NCBI GenBank assembly: GCA_001773725.1
Contig: MEXP01000020.1
Span: 19,526-83,525, forward strand
From: Candidatus Amesbacteria bacterium RIFCSPLOWO2_01_FULL_49_25
GTDB lineage: Bacteria > Patescibacteriota > Microgenomatia > CAZETR01 > Amesbacteraceae
Direction of reading: 5' to 3'
Length of the DNA: 64,000 nucleotides
In this document: piece after piece, positions 11,871 through 20,805 of the stretch
Layout: every line of letters begins with the position of its first letter
How positions within the stretch are numbered: position 1 is the stretch's first letter
Position numbers and translations under genes: made by a program
Notes under the pieces: generated by a model
Databases searched by the model: none
What the model was told of the DNA's origin: nothing
Seen by the model: the letters and a program-made list of their open reading frames with translations, nothing else

Positions 11871-12782
11871 ATGCTCGTAGTTACCTCCGGAGACGTCTAT
11901 ACCGACTTGGATGTCCTAGCTTGCGCTATTGCTTACGGCGATATTTTAAACAAAACACATCGGCCAGCGTTGGTCTACCTCCCCGGCCCCTTGAATGAAA
12001 GCATCACCTCCTCTATGCGCAATTGGGACTTTAAATACCAAACTAAATTGGAACCAGGAGATTACCAATACGTCATCGTCGACGTTTCCGATCCGGACCA
12101 TATTAGCCGCGTAGTTGACCCAACCAAAATCTCCAAAATTTATGATCACCATTTCGGCCACGAAGACTATTGGCGCTCCCGGATAGGAGATGGGGCCCAT
12201 ATCGAACCGGTCGGCGCCTGCGCCACTCTAATTTGGGAAGAGGCCGTCAAAAAAGGAGCGACTCTGTCCCAAATCTCTGTAAATCTTCTTTATACCGCCA
12301 TCTTTTCCAATACTCTAAATTTTAACGCCTCCGTAACTCATGATCGTGACAAACGGGCCTTTGCCCAGTTAGGAAAACTGGTCGACCTTCCTCCAAATTG
12401 GCCAGAAATTTATTATTCCGAACTCGAAGCCGACGTCTTTGCCAATCCCAGCGAGGCAATTGTCAAAGATATCAAGACCACGGTCTTGTCCAAATTTCCT
12501 CACCCATTCATCATTGGTCAATTAGAGCTTTGGAATAGCCAAAAGTTTCTGGTTAATCACATGGGAACAATAAAAGAAGCTCTTCAAGCACATGGCAACC
12601 CTTACTGGTTTTTCACCTCACCCAGCATTAGCGACGGCCACAACTATCTTTACACCGAAAACCCCGGTCTCAAAGATCTTTTAACCCGCCTCATTGGAGC
12701 CAAATTCACCGGCGATCTAGGCACGACCGACAAACTCTACTTGCGCAAAGAAATTCTCAAAAAATTGCAGGAATACAAATGA
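11871..12782 (+). CDS. DHH-family phosphoesterase (NrnA/oligoribonuclease-like)
   Basis: DHHFGHE (the DHH motif) in a ~300-aa fold. The start is trimmed to the in-frame ATG at 11871, because the upstream part of the track ORF is low-complexity and overlaps other ORFs. Confidence 0.65.
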   Translation: MLVVTSGDVYTDLDVLACAIAYGDILNKTHRPALVYLPGPLNESITSSMRNWDFKYQTKLEPGDYQYVIVDVSDPDHISRVVDPTKISKIYDHHFGHEDYWRSRIGDGAHIEPVGACATLIWEEAVKKGATLSQISVNLLYTAIFSNTLNFNASVTHDRDKRAFAQLGKLVDLPPNWPEIYYSELEADVFANPSEAIVKDIKTTVLSKFPHPFIIGQLELWNSQKFLVNHMGTIKEALQAHGNPYWFFTSPSISDGHNYLYTENPGLKDLLTRLIGAKFTGDLGTTDKLYLRKEILKKLQEYK

Positions 12783-13330
12783 ATTTTCTCATCCTTCATG
12801 GCACCATGGGCAGCCCGGAAGGGAACTGGTTCCCCTGGTTGGCCGGGGAGTTGGAAAAACTGGGTCATCGGACTCTTCGTCCCCAGCTACCCAAAGACCA
12901 AACCCCCGACAATTGGATCCGGGCGATAGGGGAGTCGGTAGGCGATCTAGGTGGCGATGTAACAATCGTCGCCCACTCCATGTCTTGCCTGGCCACATGT
13001 CTTTATTTGCAAAACGCAAAAGCCCTCCTCCGCGCCTGCTTTTTTGCCGCCGGCTTCGCCCAGGATTTGCCGGTCCGCGAGCCAGTTAAATCGCTAAATC
13101 TCCCATTTGTGAAAGCACCAATCGACTGGTCCAAAGTCAAATCAAACTGCCCTAAATTTATTTGTTTTGCCGGCGACAACGACCCCTATGTCCCCATGGA
13201 CATCGCTCATGATTTCGCCTCCAAATTAAGCGCCGAATTTATAGTTATCAAAAACGGCGGCCACCTCAATTCCGACTCCGGTTTCACCCACCTCCCTCAA
13301 TTGCTATCAGCCATTGAGCAAGTGCTATAG
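12779..13330 (+). CDS. alpha/beta serine hydrolase (RBBP9/YdeN-like)
   Basis: LILHGTMGSPEGNWFPWL...VAHSMSC, with a nucleophile-elbow-like segment. Confidence 0.6.
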   Translation: MNFLILHGTMGSPEGNWFPWLAGELEKLGHRTLRPQLPKDQTPDNWIRAIGESVGDLGGDVTIVAHSMSCLATCLYLQNAKALLRACFFAAGFAQDLPVREPVKSLNLPFVKAPIDWSKVKSNCPKFICFAGDNDPYVPMDIAHDFASKLSAEFIVIKNGGHLNSDSGFTHLPQLLSAIEQVL

Positions 13331-13364
13331 CCATCATATCGAGTTTATGAATGGGCAATGGATA

Positions 13365-13417
13365 TATACCCATCGAAATGCGTTAATACGCATGCAAATT
13401 ACATTATGATGGGTATA
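13365..13417 (+). promoter_or_regulatory. nested inverted repeat upstream of the STAS-HK-RR operon
   Basis: A perfect 10-bp inverted repeat, TATACCCATC (13365-13374) / GATGGGTATA (13408-13417), flanks an inner hairpin, ATGCG-ttaata-CGCAT. It ends 12 nt before the ATG at 13429. Confidence 0.4.
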
Positions 13418-13428
13418 CAATAACCCAA

Positions 13429-13791
13429 ATGCCCAACCAGGTCTTCTTGGGTGACGACGGATTTATTCACCATGTTATCGAGGGTGATCAAGACGCAGCC
13501 ACCACTCAAGATCTCCGCGACCAAACTTTCAAACTTGCCTCTCAGCTTTCAGTCCTCCCTCGCCCCATCAAAATACTTAGTGACCTAACCGGCATCGGCA
13601 AAGCCGACTCAAACGCCCGGCGCATAGCCAGCGGCATTATTCAGGACATAAAATTGGACAAGATCGCTATTTTTGGCGGCAACCGTTTTATGAAACATTT
13701 GGTCAACCTGGTCGTCAAGGCCACCGGCAAGGAAGACCGTGTCCGTTATTTTGATTCCAAAGACCAAGCCATCGCTTGGCTAAATTCATGA
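13429..13791 (+). CDS. STAS-like (anti-sigma-factor-antagonist-like) small regulatory protein
   Basis: 120 aa with a STAS-like C-terminal ...FDSKDQAIAWL. Overlaps the kinase gene start. Confidence 0.45.
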   Translation: MPNQVFLGDDGFIHHVIEGDQDAATTQDLRDQTFKLASQLSVLPRPIKILSDLTGIGKADSNARRIASGIIQDIKLDKIAIFGGNRFMKHLVNLVVKATGKEDRVRYFDSKDQAIAWLNS

Positions 13792-14636
13792 GCACCATTT
13801 CAGACAAACTCGCGCCCCTGCTTCCCGTTTTAGCCAGCGCCAGCGTTGGCGATTTTTCCAAAGACGTTCCCATCCCGGAAACAGACGACGAATTTACCGA
13901 AGTTTATGTTGGTATCCAGATTATGTTGGAAACCATCCGTGAGCAAATAGCCGCTCTTAAGCAAGTAGATCAAGTCAAAACCGAATTTTTATCAATAGCC
14001 GCCCATCAACTGCGCACTCCCTTAAGTTCAATCAAGTGGAGCTCGGAAATAATTTCCCAAGACCCCCTTACCTCCAAGCAAAGTACCCATCTCAGCTACA
14101 TTACCCACTCCACCCAAACGCTGATCGATCTCGTCAATTCTCTTTTGGACCTTTCCCGCCTCGAATTAGGCCGCTATGTCTTTGAGCCCCAGACTGTCGA
14201 CCTAAAAACCGAAATCGACCGCCTCTCATCCGAATTCCAGCCCCAGCTTCACCCCAAACACATCCAGTACTCGACCGACTTTCCAACTGTTCCCGTTCGG
14301 ATTGATCCCAAAGTCTTGCGCACTGTTTTGCAAAACCTGCTTTCCAATTCCGTCAAATATACACCCGCCGGCGGCCGCATCCATCTCCAAATTCAAATCA
14401 AACCTCCCTCAATTATTATTACCGTCACCGACACTGGCCCTGGCATCCCCCCATCACAGCATCACCAGGTATTTACTAAGCTTTTCCGAGCGAGTAACAT
14501 TAACCCCAACGAGCCCGGGAGCGGTCTGGGTCTCTATCTGACCAAAACCATAATCGATCACTATCATGGTCAGATTGATTTTACTTCCCATCCCGGTCAT
14601 GGGACCGTCTTTGTAGTTACATTGCCTCTCTCATGA
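13776..14636 (+). CDS. cytosolic sensor histidine kinase (HisKA + HATPase_c, no TM segments)
   Basis: H-box (FLSIAAHQLRTPL) plus N, G1 and G2 boxes (LLSNSVKYTP, DTGPGIP, GSGLGL). Confidence 0.8.
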   Translation: MAKFMSTISDKLAPLLPVLASASVGDFSKDVPIPETDDEFTEVYVGIQIMLETIREQIAALKQVDQVKTEFLSIAAHQLRTPLSSIKWSSEIISQDPLTSKQSTHLSYITHSTQTLIDLVNSLLDLSRLELGRYVFEPQTVDLKTEIDRLSSEFQPQLHPKHIQYSTDFPTVPVRIDPKVLRTVLQNLLSNSVKYTPAGGRIHLQIQIKPPSIIITVTDTGPGIPPSQHHQVFTKLFRASNINPNEPGSGLGLYLTKTIIDHYHGQIDFTSHPGHGTVFVVTLPLS

Positions 14637-15001
14637 ACTCACCAGCCACTATTCTAGTTGTCGAAGACGATGTCCAACTCCAAAACACTTATCAGGACCG
14701 CCTTTCTCAGGAAGGATTTAAAGTTGTCGCCTCCGATTCTGTATCCACGGGCTTAAACCAAATCAAATCTCTTCGCCCAAACCTAGTCGTCCTGGATATC
14801 ATGCTTCCTGGCGGCCAAAACGGCTTCGACTTCCTGGAGCAAATAAAACTCGACTCGGAACTTAAAGACACCCCCGTACTGGTTATTACCAATTTGGATC
14901 ACCAGCGCGATATAGCTCTTTCCATCGGGGCCATAGATTGTCTTCTCAAAACCGACGTCGACCTGGAAACCGTCGTTTCCAAAATCAAATCCTACCTTTA
15001 A
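14633..15001 (+). CDS. single-domain response regulator (CheY-like receiver only)
   Basis: ILVVEDD...LVVLDIMLPG...VLVITN; 122 aa with no output domain. Confidence 0.8.
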   Translation: MNSPATILVVEDDVQLQNTYQDRLSQEGFKVVASDSVSTGLNQIKSLRPNLVVLDIMLPGGQNGFDFLEQIKLDSELKDTPVLVITNLDHQRDIALSIGAIDCLLKTDVDLETVVSKIKSYL

Positions 15002-15696
15002 ATCCCCAAAATGCTCGCCGGGTTTACCGGTTTTCCTCCTTCGTAAATTTCCAAATGCAGATGTGGCCCGCTGGACCGGCCGGTCGATCCAGCCTTCCCC
15101 AAAACCGTTCCCATGCCCACATACTGGCCCACAGACACACCGATCTCCGAGAGATGGGCATACAGGGACTCGTACTCTCCTTCGTGTTTTATCTTCACCA
15201 TATTTCCGTATCCCAGCCAGCTCCTTTTTGCTTCCGTTACCACCCCTGTCATGAGGGGTCTTACAGGCGTCCCGGATTCCGCAGCCATATCCAACCCCGA
15301 ATGAGACCACCCGAATCCTTGAGATACCCTATAAACAGCCAGCGGGCTTTGTACAGCCTCGTCGGTTTTCAGCCTTACTTCTCCCTCTGGGACTACCACC
15401 ATATCCAGTCTCCCCCCCGAGTCATCAGCCGCCCAAGGTGAAGGACTCCAAATAGCTGCCGATACAACCATAACCACCAGGCTCATTCCCAAGCTAGCCC
15501 TCAGCCGCTTATGAGCCAAAACTGGTCTTACGGCAAAGCTGATCGGGTTACTCTTTCCGCACAACGCCAAAAACCTGATCAATCTCCAGGCAGCCTCCTT
15601 CAAGGGTAGGGGAGTCTGAACCCTCTTTAGAACCCTTTCTGCCCAGCCCAATGCAAACTTTCTTATTCTTTTAGCCATAAAAAAAATTCTCCACAC
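14998..15696 (-). CDS. M23-family peptidase (LytM-like)
   Basis: HxxxD and GSTGRSSGPHLHLEI motifs. Confidence 0.8.
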   Translation of the reverse strand: MWRIFFMAKRIRKFALGWAERVLKRVQTPLPLKEAAWRLIRFLALCGKSNPISFAVRPVLAHKRLRASLGMSLVVMVVSAAIWSPSPWAADDSGGRLDMVVVPEGEVRLKTDEAVQSPLAVYRVSQGFGWSHSGLDMAAESGTPVRPLMTGVVTEAKRSWLGYGNMVKIKHEGEYESLYAHLSEIGVSVGQYVGMGTVLGKAGSTGRSSGPHLHLEIYEGGKPVNPASILGI

Positions 15697-15775
15697 TGCG
15701 GGAGAACTGCCCTGCAGTATATCCTATAGCCGTCCAAAAGTCAACTCAAACCGAAGATAATCCGAAATAGGGGAT

Positions 15776-16048
15776 TTAACTCCAAAACTTGAACTTGTCC
15801 CGATATGTCAAACCTTGCAGCGCAGATCCAACCAGCACTCCAAATATTCCGTCAAAACCAAATTTCATTACCCAACCAACAGCCAAAATCAAAGCGATCG
15901 GCCAATGGTGCATCGCTACGGTTTTCTTTCGGAGTTTAAATCTCAGGTTAGGCACCCTTCCTCGTTTTCCTTCAGACTTCCCCCATAGCCACCGACTCGC
16001 CAAAAAACCGATCAAACCTCCAACCAATATTATTAATAACACATTCAT
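15776..16048 (-). CDS. small membrane protein (2 TM helices)
   Basis: The track ORF 15776..16147 overlaps the tRNA-Cys; it is trimmed to the internal Met (MNVLLIILVGG...). Confidence 0.4.
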   Translation of the reverse strand: MNVLLIILVGGLIGFLASRWLWGKSEGKRGRVPNLRFKLRKKTVAMHHWPIALILAVGWVMKFGFDGIFGVLVGSALQGLTYRDKFKFWS

Positions 16049-16054
16049 ACCCTG

Positions 16055-16126
16055 AGACCTGGAGGGGAATCGAACCCCTGCATGGGTGTTTTGCAGACAC
16101 CTCCGTTTCCACTTCGGCACCAGGTC
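16055..16126 (-). tRNA. tRNA-Cys (GCA)
   Basis: Manual cloverleaf: acceptor GACCTGG/CCAGGTC; anticodon stem GGTGT/ACACC with loop CUGCAAA, giving anticodon GCA; T-arm AGGGG-TTCGATT-CCCCT; discriminator U73; no encoded CCA. A TATAAT box lies ~8 nt upstream of the 5' end. Confidence 0.85.
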
Positions 16127-16164
16127 AACCTGCCAATTATAGCCCAAAATGATATACTCTTGCC

Positions 16165-17028
16165 ATGGAATTAAACAAAAAAGTTATCGCCATAATCTTA
16201 GTTATTTCCGGCCTTCTTATTGCCGGAAGCTTTGGTATTTACCGCTATTACCACGCCATTCAGGCAGACGCCGGGCTCAAAGTGGAATCCACTCCGCCTT
16301 CTCAGGTATTTATCAATAATCAGCTAGTTGGCAACACCCCCATCGACAAGGTCCTACCCGCAGGAGAAGTTACGATTAAGCTTATTCCCGATTCCACTTC
16401 ATCCGCCATTTCCGCCTACCAGACCAAAATCCAGCTCACTCCTCAAACATACACAGTCATCAAGCGGGATTTTGGCGATTCAGATTCCCTAACTGCCGGC
16501 GAAACTGTTTCCCTGTTGCCCCAATCCACCGGCAAGACATCTCTAAGTATTGTTACTTCCTACCCCGTCTCCGCTTCGGTTACGGTTGACGATCAACCCC
16601 AGGGGTTTACCCCCCTTAGTCTCGCCGATATCGCCCCTGGAGATCGTAAGATTGTCATCTCCGCTCCCGGGTACTCATCCCGGGTTATTTATGTCAAAGC
16701 CGTCACTGGATACAAACTAGCCGTCAGCGCCAAGCTCAAGGAATCACCCCTGGCCAAATTGGATCTTTTCCCTCGGCCTTCGCCCGTACTTGCTACCGCC
16801 TCTGCCAGTCTGGAGTCTCCCGACTCTTTTGTTACCGTTCTCGATACACCCACCGGATTTTTACGCGTTCGATCTGGTCCCGGTCTAAACAAATCCGAAA
16901 TCGGACAAATCAAGCCAGGAGAAAAATATCCTCTTCTCTCAGCCTCCTCAGATTGGTACCAAATTCAAGTCAAACTTGAAAGCACCTCTTCCGGCTGGAT
17001 CTCTTCTCAATACGCAGCCAAGAAATAA
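16165..17028 (+). CDS. PEGA-domain protein with a C-terminal bacterial SH3 (SH3b) domain, membrane-anchored
   Basis: N-terminal TM helix; PEGA-like repeats (LKVESTPPSQVFINNQLVGNTP...); C-terminal FLRVRSGPG...DWYQIQ SH3_3-like segment. Confidence 0.55.
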   Translation: MELNKKVIAIILVISGLLIAGSFGIYRYYHAIQADAGLKVESTPPSQVFINNQLVGNTPIDKVLPAGEVTIKLIPDSTSSAISAYQTKIQLTPQTYTVIKRDFGDSDSLTAGETVSLLPQSTGKTSLSIVTSYPVSASVTVDDQPQGFTPLSLADIAPGDRKIVISAPGYSSRVIYVKAVTGYKLAVSAKLKESPLAKLDLFPRPSPVLATASASLESPDSFVTVLDTPTGFLRVRSGPGLNKSEIGQIKPGEKYPLLSASSDWYQIQVKLESTSSGWISSQYAAKK

Positions 17029-17039
17029 AGCTTTATTTC
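17022..17039. terminator. perfect AT-rich palindrome GAAATAAAG|CTTTATTTC between convergent genes; both stop codons lie inside it
   Basis: 18-bp palindrome containing the TAA of 16165..17028 and, on the other strand, the TAA of 17033..17980. Confidence 0.35.
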
Positions 17040-17980
17040 GGCAGCCAGTACAGCACAGTCACCACCATAAACCCCCAAGTCGCCACTGAAACCAAAAGCG
17101 GAAAATCAGACAAAATTACCCTTTCCGGTGTTTCCGCCCTGGCTCCGTCATAGATAATTCTGATATATCTCATTATTCCAAAAATGACCACCGGGATTGT
17201 TGCCATCAGCCATTTATTTATAGTCAGTGTCCTCGACGTCTGGGCCAGAGTCAAAGGCACGCTTTGCCAGTCAGCTTGTTCATAAAAGTTAAATGTATAT
17301 AAAGCCCAGGACAGAAACGCAGCCGTAGCAAACATCGCCAAGTACGCATCCAAAATATTTACCGTATATTTCCCCATCACTTTTCTATGCAATGCCGCGC
17401 CTTGCTCGGTAAGAATCGCCATCTCTGCCCGTCTTTTTCCCACCGCCAGAAACACCGACACCGAAATTACACATAACAAAAACCAGATTGATAAGTGACC
17501 GTCGATCACCAAAGCTCCGGCAAACACTCTCAAGAAAAAACCAAACGCAATCACTAATACGTCTACTACCTCTACATTTTTGAGCCACAATGAATACAAA
17601 ATCTGCATCAGCCAGTATCCCAGCACTGCCCAAAAATACAAACCGGAAATACTTTTCGCCCACCCCAAGCCCACTAGCGATCCGCCAGTAAATATCGTCC
17701 ACGCCAGCCACAGCGGAATCTTTCCCGAAGCAATCGGCCGCCTTTTTTTAAACGGGTGAGCCTGATCAGCCTCGATATCAATAATATCGTTCAAAAAATA
17801 AATCGCCGATGCCAACACGGTAAAGGCCCCTATTGCCTCGGTCACTCTCCCGAAATTTGTCCACCAGGTCTGGACAGAATAAATATTTCCCGAAAACACC
17901 AGCGCTGCGTACAGAGTGAGATTTTTTACCCACTGTCTCGGTCTCGCTGTTTTAAGAATATTGAAAAATAGTGCAACCAC
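17033..17980 (-). CDS. UbiA-family prenyltransferase (decaprenyl-phosphate phosphoribosyltransferase-like)
   Basis: RPRQWVKN N-terminus, NDIIDIEADQ...RPIASGKI Asp-rich motif, multi-TM. The ORF-track start at 18115 would overlap the upstream gene by 190 nt, so an in-frame GTG at 17980 is proposed; the start is uncertain. Confidence 0.7.
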   Translation of the reverse strand: MVALFFNILKTARPRQWVKNLTLYAALVFSGNIYSVQTWWTNFGRVTEAIGAFTVLASAIYFLNDIIDIEADQAHPFKKRRPIASGKIPLWLAWTIFTGGSLVGLGWAKSISGLYFWAVLGYWLMQILYSLWLKNVEVVDVLVIAFGFFLRVFAGALVIDGHLSIWFLLCVISVSVFLAVGKRRAEMAILTEQGAALHRKVMGKYTVNILDAYLAMFATAAFLSWALYTFNFYEQADWQSVPLTLAQTSRTLTINKWLMATIPVVIFGIMRYIRIIYDGARAETPERVILSDFPLLVSVATWGFMVVTVLYWLPK

Positions 17981-18969
17981 AAAATCCCCCCTCCCGCTAC
18001 TCCGGTAATAATCGCCATTGTAAACCACTTCTGCGTACTGTTCAATTGCAATGCAGCTATAGCCAAAATCGCCGACGCCCCCCAATAGAAAACTGCTATC
18101 CGCCTTTTCCCCCACCCTCTTTTAAGCAGCAGATGGTGCAAGTGTTCAAATCCTCCCCAAACCGGGGACCGGCCTTCGGAAATTCTCTTAACAACTACTA
18201 TCAGTGCGTCGATTATCGGTATTCCCAAAACTATTACCATCGCCCCCACCTTACCCGAAGCCATGATCGCCATAACCCCCAATAAATATCCGGCTAGACT
18301 TTTTCCGCCATACCCTGGCATTATCTTTTGTGGGTACCAATTCCACGGCAAGAACCCCAAATATGCCCCCGCAGTGACGCCGGACAGTATCAGTAGTGGC
18401 ACCTGGCTTGAATCTTCCCCGAACTTTATCCCGATCGCCGCCATGGTCAACGCGGCAATTACCACAAAGCCCGGCATCTGGCCATCTACTCCACTACTCC
18501 ACCCTATTATGTTTTGCATCAGCACCAGCCATACCAGAGAAAACAAGATCGATAGCGGCCAGCTTAAATTTATGACTCCCCCCAGTGGATTTGTTATATA
18601 AAATATCCCCACCCCGGCCCCGACAGCCAACAAAGCCGCAACTCCATTTAAAACCAGTCTCAGATAAGGAGACAGCCTTTCTTCAAATCTATCATCCAGA
18701 TACCCCACCATCATCAAAAGCCCTCCACCCAAGACTATGCCTATCGATTTCCATTCAAATCCCCAAAACAAAAAAACAGACATCAATGCCAGAAAAATCG
18801 GTATCCCTCCACCCCTAGGCACCGCTCTTTCATGAACAACTTTGGGGTGCCTGTGGGTCCTAGGGTCATCCACTATTTTCCATCTTTGTCCATTCTTTAT
18901 CACCCAAATACACCCCAGGGTCGATAGCAATGCTCCGCTCACAAACGGCCAGAAAAACAGTTCGTTCAC
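17926..18969 (-). CDS. glycosyltransferase family 4 polyprenyl-phosphate hexose/HexNAc-1-P transferase (MraY/WecA family)
   Basis: GYLDDRF, NxxGxDG-like (NIIGWSSGVDG) and C-terminal HLHH motifs; about 10 TM helices. Confidence 0.75.
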   Translation of the reverse strand: MNELFFWPFVSGALLSTLGCIWVIKNGQRWKIVDDPRTHRHPKVVHERAVPRGGGIPIFLALMSVFLFWGFEWKSIGIVLGGGLLMMVGYLDDRFEERLSPYLRLVLNGVAALLAVGAGVGIFYITNPLGGVINLSWPLSILFSLVWLVLMQNIIGWSSGVDGQMPGFVVIAALTMAAIGIKFGEDSSQVPLLILSGVTAGAYLGFLPWNWYPQKIMPGYGGKSLAGYLLGVMAIMASGKVGAMVIVLGIPIIDALIVVVKRISEGRSPVWGGFEHLHHLLLKRGWGKRRIAVFYWGASAILAIAALQLNSTQKWFTMAIITGVAGGGILWLHYFSIFLKQRDRDSG

Positions 18970-19295
18970 GAAATCAAATAGATAATTCTGAGTAATCCGA
19001 CAGTCAAGATCACCTGAGTCGCGGTTACACTTCCCAGAACCATGATAGCCAAAACCTTGTCCTTAATTCTTCGTTCCAGCCATCCGCCAGCAAACCCAAT
19101 TACCGCAGTGATACCTGGAATGATCCACAACCACCCTGCCTCGGCCAGTTGTTCCTCGCCCCACGGCCGGCTATACCACAGCGGCACTTGGCTTGGCAGC
19201 CCGTTTCCCCACACCAATAACACCCCCACCCCAGTCATCACCCCCGCTGTACTCACGATATAACTCAAAAGTCTAGGCTTATCCACTCCCTCCAT
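18966..19295 (-). CDS. small integral membrane protein (3 TM helices)
   Basis: 109-aa hydrophobic ORF with an ATGA overlap to the downstream MraY-like gene. Confidence 0.45.
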   Translation of the reverse strand: MEGVDKPRLLSYIVSTAGVMTGVGVLLVWGNGLPSQVPLWYSRPWGEEQLAEAGWLWIIPGITAVIGFAGGWLERRIKDKVLAIMVLGSVTATQVILTVGLLRIIYLIS

Positions 19296-19314
19296 TATAC
19301 TTGTAACTCACGCT

Positions 19315-20769
19315 TTAATCTTTTAGACTCAAGCTCAAAACCCGCCTGTATATATTTGCCCCCCCCACTTCTTTCTCCAGTTTGTATCTGGAATTAACCA
19401 GACTTTCCAGCCCGGGCAGCCCGGCCATATCAGATGTCTCTACAATATATCGGGGAGGAGACGCCGTGAGCGCTTGCATTGTTTCAGCCTCAACCCCGTA
19501 AAACTTAATATGATACGCTACGGTATACTTCCCCTCGGGCAACCTTTTTGCCAGGGCATAAATCATGGGCTCATCTCCCCATACAAATATTCTATCCTGG
19601 GCCCGGCTTCCAGACATAATCACCCTGGCTATTTCGTAATTTCTATTTACCCCTCCCCCAAACCATTCAAAATATTGCTCCTGGCTCTTTTGGCCCAGTG
19701 TCCATTCCAAAAAATTTACATAATATCCGGCTGTCGGGTAAGTCCAAAACTTAAACATCAATATAGTGCCTACCAACAGCGTTATCACCCCTCCGCCCAC
19801 CAGTCTTTCTCTTCGGCTTCCCCAACCCAAAGAAGTAATAGCCAGAGCCGTCGCCCCGGCGGCTTGTAATAGATAGTGCGGGTACGGTCTGCCGGACAGA
19901 GTGGCGGCAAATATGGTCCACAATCCCCACAAAGCCAATATTCCGCCATTTAGCCACACTGCCAGCAAGCTTACAGCTGCTGTTGCCGCCAATCGCCCCT
20001 TTACCGAAAACAATCCTAATCCCGTCCCCATTTGCCAGGAGCTAAGGTAAGGCAAGTTTTGCATCCAGGCCGCACTCACATATGCCTCCCCCGCTCCAAA
20101 TTTGGTTAACGCCACCCAACTTGCAATCAAGGGCACTAGCGCCCCAACTCCCAAAGACACGCACCTCACTACCAATTTTTCCATAGTCAATTCTTTTCGC
20201 CAAGCTTGTCCCAGCCACACAAATATCCACACTACAGCTTCCGCTAAAACTGGCGCTTTCCACAAAGCCCCCATTCCCAGTACCACTCCCCCCGCAAATA
20301 TTTTCCCAATTTCCTTTTCATTCCACAACAACAACCCTGCCGTCACCGTAGGCAGCAGAAAAAACAGTTCAGCATTGGCAATATTACCCTCCCACACCGG
20401 CAGTGTGGTGAGTAGCGCAAATATCAAAACCGCCGCCTTTTTGGTTTGTCCATTTCCCCAAATCTTTCCCGCCAGTTTATAAAAAACTGCCACCGTGGTC
20501 AAACTCCATATGCCGGCAATGAGTTTAAACCAATATTGTTCGCCCCTGGCCAGAGCGGCCGTCAGGTACAACAAGGGCGGTTTATTATCATATATATCTC
20601 TGTACAAAACCCTTCCGGAATTTATTGCCGCCCCCACAGTCAAATAAATCCCTTCATCTCCGTACCAATATGGTTCAAACAAACTCGGAATTCTCAAAAC
20701 CAGGGTCACCAGAAGCACCATCACTATAAATTGATTCCTATGCACCCACCCGGCCCACGACTTGACCAT
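19315..20769 (-). CDS. GT-C glycosyltransferase, family 39/83-like (ArnT/PMT-like)
   Basis: YWYGDEGIY first-loop motif and about 11 TM helices. Confidence 0.7.
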   Translation of the reverse strand: MVKSWAGWVHRNQFIVMVLLVTLVLRIPSLFEPYWYGDEGIYLTVGAAINSGRVLYRDIYDNKPPLLYLTAALARGEQYWFKLIAGIWSLTTVAVFYKLAGKIWGNGQTKKAAVLIFALLTTLPVWEGNIANAELFFLLPTVTAGLLLWNEKEIGKIFAGGVVLGMGALWKAPVLAEAVVWIFVWLGQAWRKELTMEKLVVRCVSLGVGALVPLIASWVALTKFGAGEAYVSAAWMQNLPYLSSWQMGTGLGLFSVKGRLAATAAVSLLAVWLNGGILALWGLWTIFAATLSGRPYPHYLLQAAGATALAITSLGWGSRRERLVGGGVITLLVGTILMFKFWTYPTAGYYVNFLEWTLGQKSQEQYFEWFGGGVNRNYEIARVIMSGSRAQDRIFVWGDEPMIYALAKRLPEGKYTVAYHIKFYGVEAETMQALTASPPRYIVETSDMAGLPGLESLVNSRYKLEKEVGGANIYRRVLSLSLKD

Positions 20770-20805
20770 ACGTCAATTCTTAAATATTTCCCGTCTTAAG
20801 TCAAT

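Noticed and set aside
13331-16055. Possible tRNA-Cys-associated integrated element (tRNA 3' end facing M23 peptidase and the STAS-HK-RR genes)
   Set aside because: No integrase, no direct repeat of the tRNA 3' end, and no compositional break that I could see. The gene content is ordinary.
15776-16147. 123-aa ORF spanning the tRNA-Cys
   Set aside because: Its first 33 codons are the tRNA gene read in the wrong sense, so it was trimmed to the internal Met. The tRNA cloverleaf is unambiguous.
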